Assembly (NCBI RefSeq): GCF_009914755.1
Contig: NC_060927.1
Length of the DNA stretch: 64,000 nt
Source: the human T2T-CHM13v2.0 reference genome, Homo sapiens
Strand: one strand, 5' to 3'
Shown: positions 56,681-64,000 of the stretch, one piece after another
How positions within the stretch are numbered: the stretch's first letter is position 1
How the letters are laid out: each line of letters opens with the position of its first letter
Position numbers and translations under genes: made by a program
Notes under the pieces: model-generated
What the model saw: the letters and a program-made list of their open reading frames with translations, nothing else
Database searches by the model: none
Told to the model about the DNA's origin: nothing

Positions 56681-58054
56681 AGGGGGAACGTTTTAATATA
56701 TCCCTTTGAAATAATTATAGAACCCTCAGGAGTTCCAAAATTTTAGTATGTGGTCATTGGTTCTTATCATCCAGTAGAGATAAATGGGAAATGATGAGCA
56801 TTTGCTTCATGTAAAGTATGTGCATTTATATGTTAATATAAATTCTAGTCATAACTGAGGTGTTGCTGTAGTTATCTTGCTGTTATTTTGGGTCCTTTTT
56901 TTTTTGTTTCTTAACTTTAGATGTACATAAATTCTGGTCTTGTGAGAATTTAGCAAAAAATTAAACTTTTCTTTAAGTGGTTCTCAGTCTCAGTTGTCTT
57001 GACATCTTAAAGATTTACGTACTGTTTGAGGCCCTGAAATTTACTTTCTTTTTTAAAAAAACTTTATCCCAGAAGCTATAAATCAGTGTTTAAATTAGTG
57101 TTAAAGAGAAGTAGTAACATATTAGTAATATTTTATCTGTTTTAACGGGCTCTTAAAAAGGTGTCCATCTGAATCTGTTGAGTTGAGCTGAAAGCAGAGT
57201 GATGCTGGAGAGAAAGATGGCAGAAAGCATATTAAGAGGCAGGAGCTAGTGTTTGGGGGGAGATGTTAACATGTTTGTGGAGTGGATGCTGAATAAATAT
57301 GCTTCCTGCAGTCTAATGCTCCAGATACCTGTTTATAGGTAAACTTCCTGTGAACCTCTTTTGAGAAATACAGCCCTAGACTAAAGGAGTAGCCTTGAAA
57401 CTATTTGTTCATTCATTTGTTCACTTATTCATCTGTTTACCAAATTGTGAAAAATTTTAAAGACACTTTATGAGGAAAATAAATATTTATGCCACCATAT
57501 TTTTTCCTTAAAGAGACTGATTTTTGAAATCAGACACATAATGCTACATTCACATCTACAAAGTGTGTTCATCACTATTGCAAAATGTTGCAAAAGCAGG
57601 GTAGAAAAATCTTAGGACTTTAAATAGTCTGAACAAATAAACATGTTTGTTATGATGCATACAAATGCATTTGTACAGTCCTGTACTAGCTGTTTCTGAG
57701 ATCACAGAATAAAAGTTTAAAACCAAGAATAATAACAGTTGAATACCGTACATAACACTTAATATTCCAATGGACTAAGCAAAATATCCCTCTAAGTTAC
57801 ATGGGATCTCACACTATCTGTGTATGTCTGTGCTTAATGGAAATGCTACAAGGATGCTAAGTGTTGAATGGTAGCCAAATTACTTACGTAGTAGGTTACT
57901 AAATTAGAGCGTTTACTAATATCTAAAAATGGATCATCATAGCTTATGAATACCCAAGTTTTATTGACCTTTTAATAACTGCTTAGTAGTACTAGTAAAT
58001 AGCCCATGACCACTATGTAAAAAAAAAAAAAAAGAAAAAAAGAAAAAAACCTAA

Positions 58055-58473
<419 letters not shown>

Positions 58474-59096
58474 TCTTTTTTCTAATATTTCAAAACCCTA
58501 GACAATATGCCGAATGTTAAAGTGTCTTGAAGGTTCACTTGCAACTGTGGAAGTGGAAATACAGTCCTCTAAGAATAAAGTTTCAGTGTTCTTGTTACCC
58601 GTGAAATCTTTTCTACCGGAGGTGATTACTAATATGCCTTGACAGATGGTCTTCTCAATCTGAGGTCAGGATATGAGTTCCCAAAGGCCAGGAATTACAG
58701 CATATTCATATCTCTATTTCAGTAAGTCAATTGATACTATAATGGCTCAAATAAGTGATTGTGTGGAATGAGTCTGGGCAAGACCCTACCTAATGCACTG
58801 TAAGTCATCTGGGAACAAAGCTCTTTGCAACCAAGTCAGTCTGGGGATGGAAAAAGTAAAATAAATATAAACCTTTGCCATCAGATGTGGTAGGTGCTTA
58901 TTAGGCTGTAGCTACACAGGACTTCCACATCACTGAGTAGAAATCCATCCATAGAAATGAAAGGGAAGGAATGCAGTAGGGATAGAAAATTTGTCCTCAA
59001 ATACTTCTATAGGTCTCCCATATGATTTTTTTTCAATATAGTAGTATTTCTGACAGAGAATGAACTGTTTTTCATTACTAAAGGCATTACCTAGTT

Positions 59097-59205
59097 AAGT
59101 TTCTATCTGGAGATAATGTACCTGTTTACCTGTGAAAGAAAAAAAAATAGTAAAGTTTCTATCTGGAGATAATGTACCTGTTTACCTGTGAAAGAAAAAA
59201 AATAG
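59097..59205. repeat. 56-nt tandem duplication
   Basis: AAGTTTCTATCTGGAGATAATGTACCTGTTTACCTGTGAAAGA(n)TAG occurs twice, differing only in A-run length. Confidence 0.95.
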
Positions 59206-59362
59206 GTGGCATAGCTCTTCTAATTAGATGGATTGAGTCTATATGCATTTTAAGGGCAATAGTAATATATGTAATCTGACCAGCTAAATAAAGCTAACAG
59301 TAAAGTATCATAACTAACCTGGTTGACTAGTATTTCTTTTTCTCTTGCTTGATTGGTCTTAG

Positions 59363-59479
59363 GGTTTTGACCCACCACATCAGAGTGACACAAGAACCAT
59401 CTACGTAGCCAACAGGTTTCCTCAGAATGGCCTTTACACACCTCAGAAATTTATAGATAACAGGATCATTTCATCTAAG
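59363..59479 (+). CDS. ATP11B: ATP11B coding exon 2 (117 nt, phase 0/0)
   Basis: Acceptor TTTTTCTCTTGCTTGATTGGTCTTAG|, donor AAG|GTAAGA; encodes GFDPPHQSDTRTIYVANRFPQNGLYTPQKFIDNRIISSK, including the P4-ATPase F-x-DN-x-I-x-S/T-x-K(Y) motif. Confidence 0.97.
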
Positions 59480-59504
59480 GTAAGAATTAAAATTTTTATT
59501 GTTA

Positions 59505-59782
59505 GGCCAGGTGCAGTGGCTCATACCCATCATCCCAGCACTTTGGGAGGCCAAGGCGAGAGGATCGGTTAAGCCCAGGAGTTTGCGACCAGTGTGGGCA
59601 ACATAATGAGACCTTGTCTCTGCAAAAAATCAAAAAATTAGCCAGGTGTGGTGGCACACCTCTACTGACAGCTACTCTGGAGGCTGGCTTCAGCCTGGGA
59701 AGTCGAGGGTGCAGTGAGCTGTGATTGTGCCACTGCACTCCAACCTGGGCAACAGAGTGAGACCATGTCTCAAAAAAAAAAA
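59505..59782 (+). mobile_element. AluJ 25 nt downstream of the exon 2 donor
   Basis: GGCCAGGTGCAGTGGCTCA...; A-tail. Confidence 0.9.
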
Positions 59783-60199
59783 TTATTATTAAAACTGTAG
59801 ATATGGATCATTTTATTTTTAAAAGTGATTATATGTGTGTGTGTGTATTTATTTATATCCTTACAAATTCAAGAAAACGGTGGTCGATTTATCTTAACCA
59901 AAATGGTTAACTGTAGAATACAAGGAGTGGCTAATTGCTGATATCAGTAGCCCACATGCCAAAAAATTATCTTTAGTTGCTAGTAAACTAAGGAACTAAT
60001 ATTTATGCTATGTACCAGAAACTATATTAAGTACTTCTCATATCATTTAATCCTTACAACAACCCTATGAGATAGCTTTTATGAAATCTATTTTACAAAG
60101 CAGTGTTATACTGATTTTAAATCAGTTTCCTCAATTGAAGTCCTAGGAAATGGAATAATTTTCCCAAGGTTGCTCACTAGTAAATGGCTAGATTGGATT

Positions 60200-60509
60200 T
60201 TTGGGGTTTTTTTTGTTTGCTTGTTTTTTTGAGACAGAGTCTCGCTGTGTCACCCAGGCTGGAATGCAGTGGTGCAATCTTGGCCCATTGCAACCTCTGC
60301 CTCTCGGGTTCAAGCCATTCTCTGCCTCAGCCTCCCAAGTAGCTGGGATTACAGGTACCTGCTACCATGCCCAGCTAATTTTTGTATGATTAGTGGAGAT
60401 GGGATTTCACCACCTTGGCCAGGCTGGTCTTGAACTCCAGACCTCATGATCCACCCACCTCGGCCTCCCAAAGTGCTGGGATTACAGGTATGAGCCACTG
60501 CACCCGGCC
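60200..60509 (-). mobile_element. AluS nested in a MIR remnant
   Basis: Alu dimer; TSD TAGATTGGA. Confidence 0.92.
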
Positions 60510-61214
60510 ATAGATTGGAATTTAAACTCAGTTCTGTGTTGCTTTAAAGCCTGCTTCCTCCAATTTTATCACTCATTTGTACACATTTTATGGTGCCAAA
60601 GTACAGCTTCACTCTTATATATTCTTCCTTGTTTCATTTTTTCCTGTGGCATTTTTAAGTTGTCTTAGGTTATTCTGAAGCTAAAGACTGTAGAATAGTA
60701 CTTTGCAGTAGACTTTTCTGTCATGATGGAATTGTCCCATATGATGGCCAATAAATTATACAAGGTTATCAAGGCCTTGAAATATGGCTAGTGCACTCAG
60801 AAACTGAAGTTTAATTTAATTTTTATTTAAATGTCAGTAGCTACATGTGACTAGTGGCTTGGACGGTACAGTTATAGAGGATATGAGTCAAAGAGACTGA
60901 GGGTAAAGTTTTCCTTATATCATAACTATTGCCTGAAAGGGCACCTTAAGAAGCATCTTTGCATTGCTCCTTCCCTCTCTTCTAAAGCAACTAACATCTT
61001 TTCTCTAATCCTAACCTCGTCTTTCCCAAGGATGTTGTCTTAGGTCAGCAGTTCTTTGCCCTGCCCCATGTTGCTGCCTTCACATTCTTTATGTGTATAA
61101 CATACCCTTAGTGCCATCTCTCGTTTTGGATGATGGTTCTAAAGCAGAAAGTAGGAAGAGGAGATGTCAGAATCCAGGATAATGGATGAGCTTTAGATTA
61201 GTGACACAGTTCTT

Positions 61215-62897
<1,683 letters not shown>

Positions 62898-62934
62898 TTA
62901 TGCAAGAAATAAAAGCTCTTGAAAACTTTAGGTT

Positions 62935-63292
62935 TTTTTTTTAACTTGGGGTATAATTTACATACAGTAAAATTTATCAGTTTTAAGTGTGCAGTTTGAT
63001 GAGTTTTGACAAATCTGACCACCGCCATAATCAAGATGTGGAATATATCCATTGCTTCAAAAAAAATCTTTCATGGTCTTTTGCAGCAGGTCCCCCTCCT
63101 CCTCACCCCCCAGGCACTAGCAACCACTGATCTGCTTTCTGTAACTATAGTTTTTTCTTTTCTAGAATTTCATATAATACAACACAAGTCTTTTGTGCCT
63201 GACTTCTTTTTTCGTAACATAATGCTTTTGGGGTTCATTTTTGTTGTTGCAAGTATTAGTATCAGTAATTCATTCCTTTCTAGTGCATAGTT
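62935..63292 (-). mobile_element. Old L1MB/MC 3' fragment
   Basis: GGTATAATTTACATACAGTAAAATT...TTTTAAGTGTGCAGTTTGATGAGTTTTGACAAAT...GCAACCACTGATCTGCTTTCTG. Confidence 0.75.
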
Positions 63293-64000
63293 TAGCTGTC
63301 AGCCTGGAATTGTGTAGTTAATGTTTTGAATATAAGCCATTTTCTTTGTGTGGTTCTCTGACAATCAGTATTTTCCCTTTACATTTCCAGCTGCTTTTCC
63401 AGCCCTGAACTCTAATCTTGGTTACATGTTGTTGATGAGGCTGTAGTTTTCCCCAGCTGTTTTGCAGCCATTGTTGTGTGTGGTAGGTGGATACTGTCTC
63501 CAAGCTAAGAAGCCAAAAATTCACAATTTATACTTCTTCCATTTGCAATTTTTTGAAATTAAACTCTCTTCCCGTTTCCATCTATATTTTGGACATTTTC
63601 CAGTATTTGACATAGTTTTTAAAATGTAATCTTTATAATTCTTATCTGCTGGGAGTCCACAGGACCACCTCTTTGTCAATAGTGGAAACTGAGTGTCCTC
63701 CTAGAAAGCTTTTGGGATTAAATAAGTATCTTTAAATGACTGTCTCTGTACACAGAAGTATTTGGTTTAATGTTTTTGACCATATTTTTTAAAATGTGGA
63801 TGTTTAAAGAAGTATTGCCTTTTTAAATGTTTACGGTAAATGAGGACTGTCTCATTACTACCTATTACGCCACTATTGCTTTCATAAACTCCTTCCAAAA
63901 CAGATTACCTGTTATTCCACAAACTCATGTTGAACTTTCCTACCACTGTGCCTTTGCTTTGATTTCATGTTGTTAGCCACAATTTTTAAAATGTAAATTT

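Overview
This is primate genomic DNA, very likely human; the species cannot be separated from other great apes by eye. It contains the 5' end of ATP11B, a P4-ATPase phospholipid flippase, on the + strand: a CpG-island promoter (~32190-33560), exon 1 coding MWRWIRQQL (32866-32892), a 26,470-nt intron 1, and exon 2 (59363-59479, GFDPPHQSDTRTIYVANRFPQNGLYTPQKFIDNRIISSK). The rest is repeat-rich: about 35 Alu-family elements, a ~6.9 kb old L1MA-type element, a young 5'-truncated L1PA, solo LTRs and hAT MITEs. Nearly all ORFs in the supplied track derive from Alu or L1 or are spurious. I found no new protein-coding system. The most unusual signals are small-scale: two locally templated insertions (1177-1254 copied from 2911-2973; 8085-8344 copied from 7377-7659), a micro-inversion in an LTR, a tailless 33-nt U2 snRNA retrocopy and a ~50-nt orphan polyadenylated insert nested in the old L1, two uORFs and an upstream donor in the ATP11B 5' leader, a recursive-splice-like site in intron 1, and inverted Alus bracketing exon 2. 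Repeat subfamily names come from recalled consensus sequences, and repeat boundaries are approximate unless a target-site duplication (TSD) is quoted.
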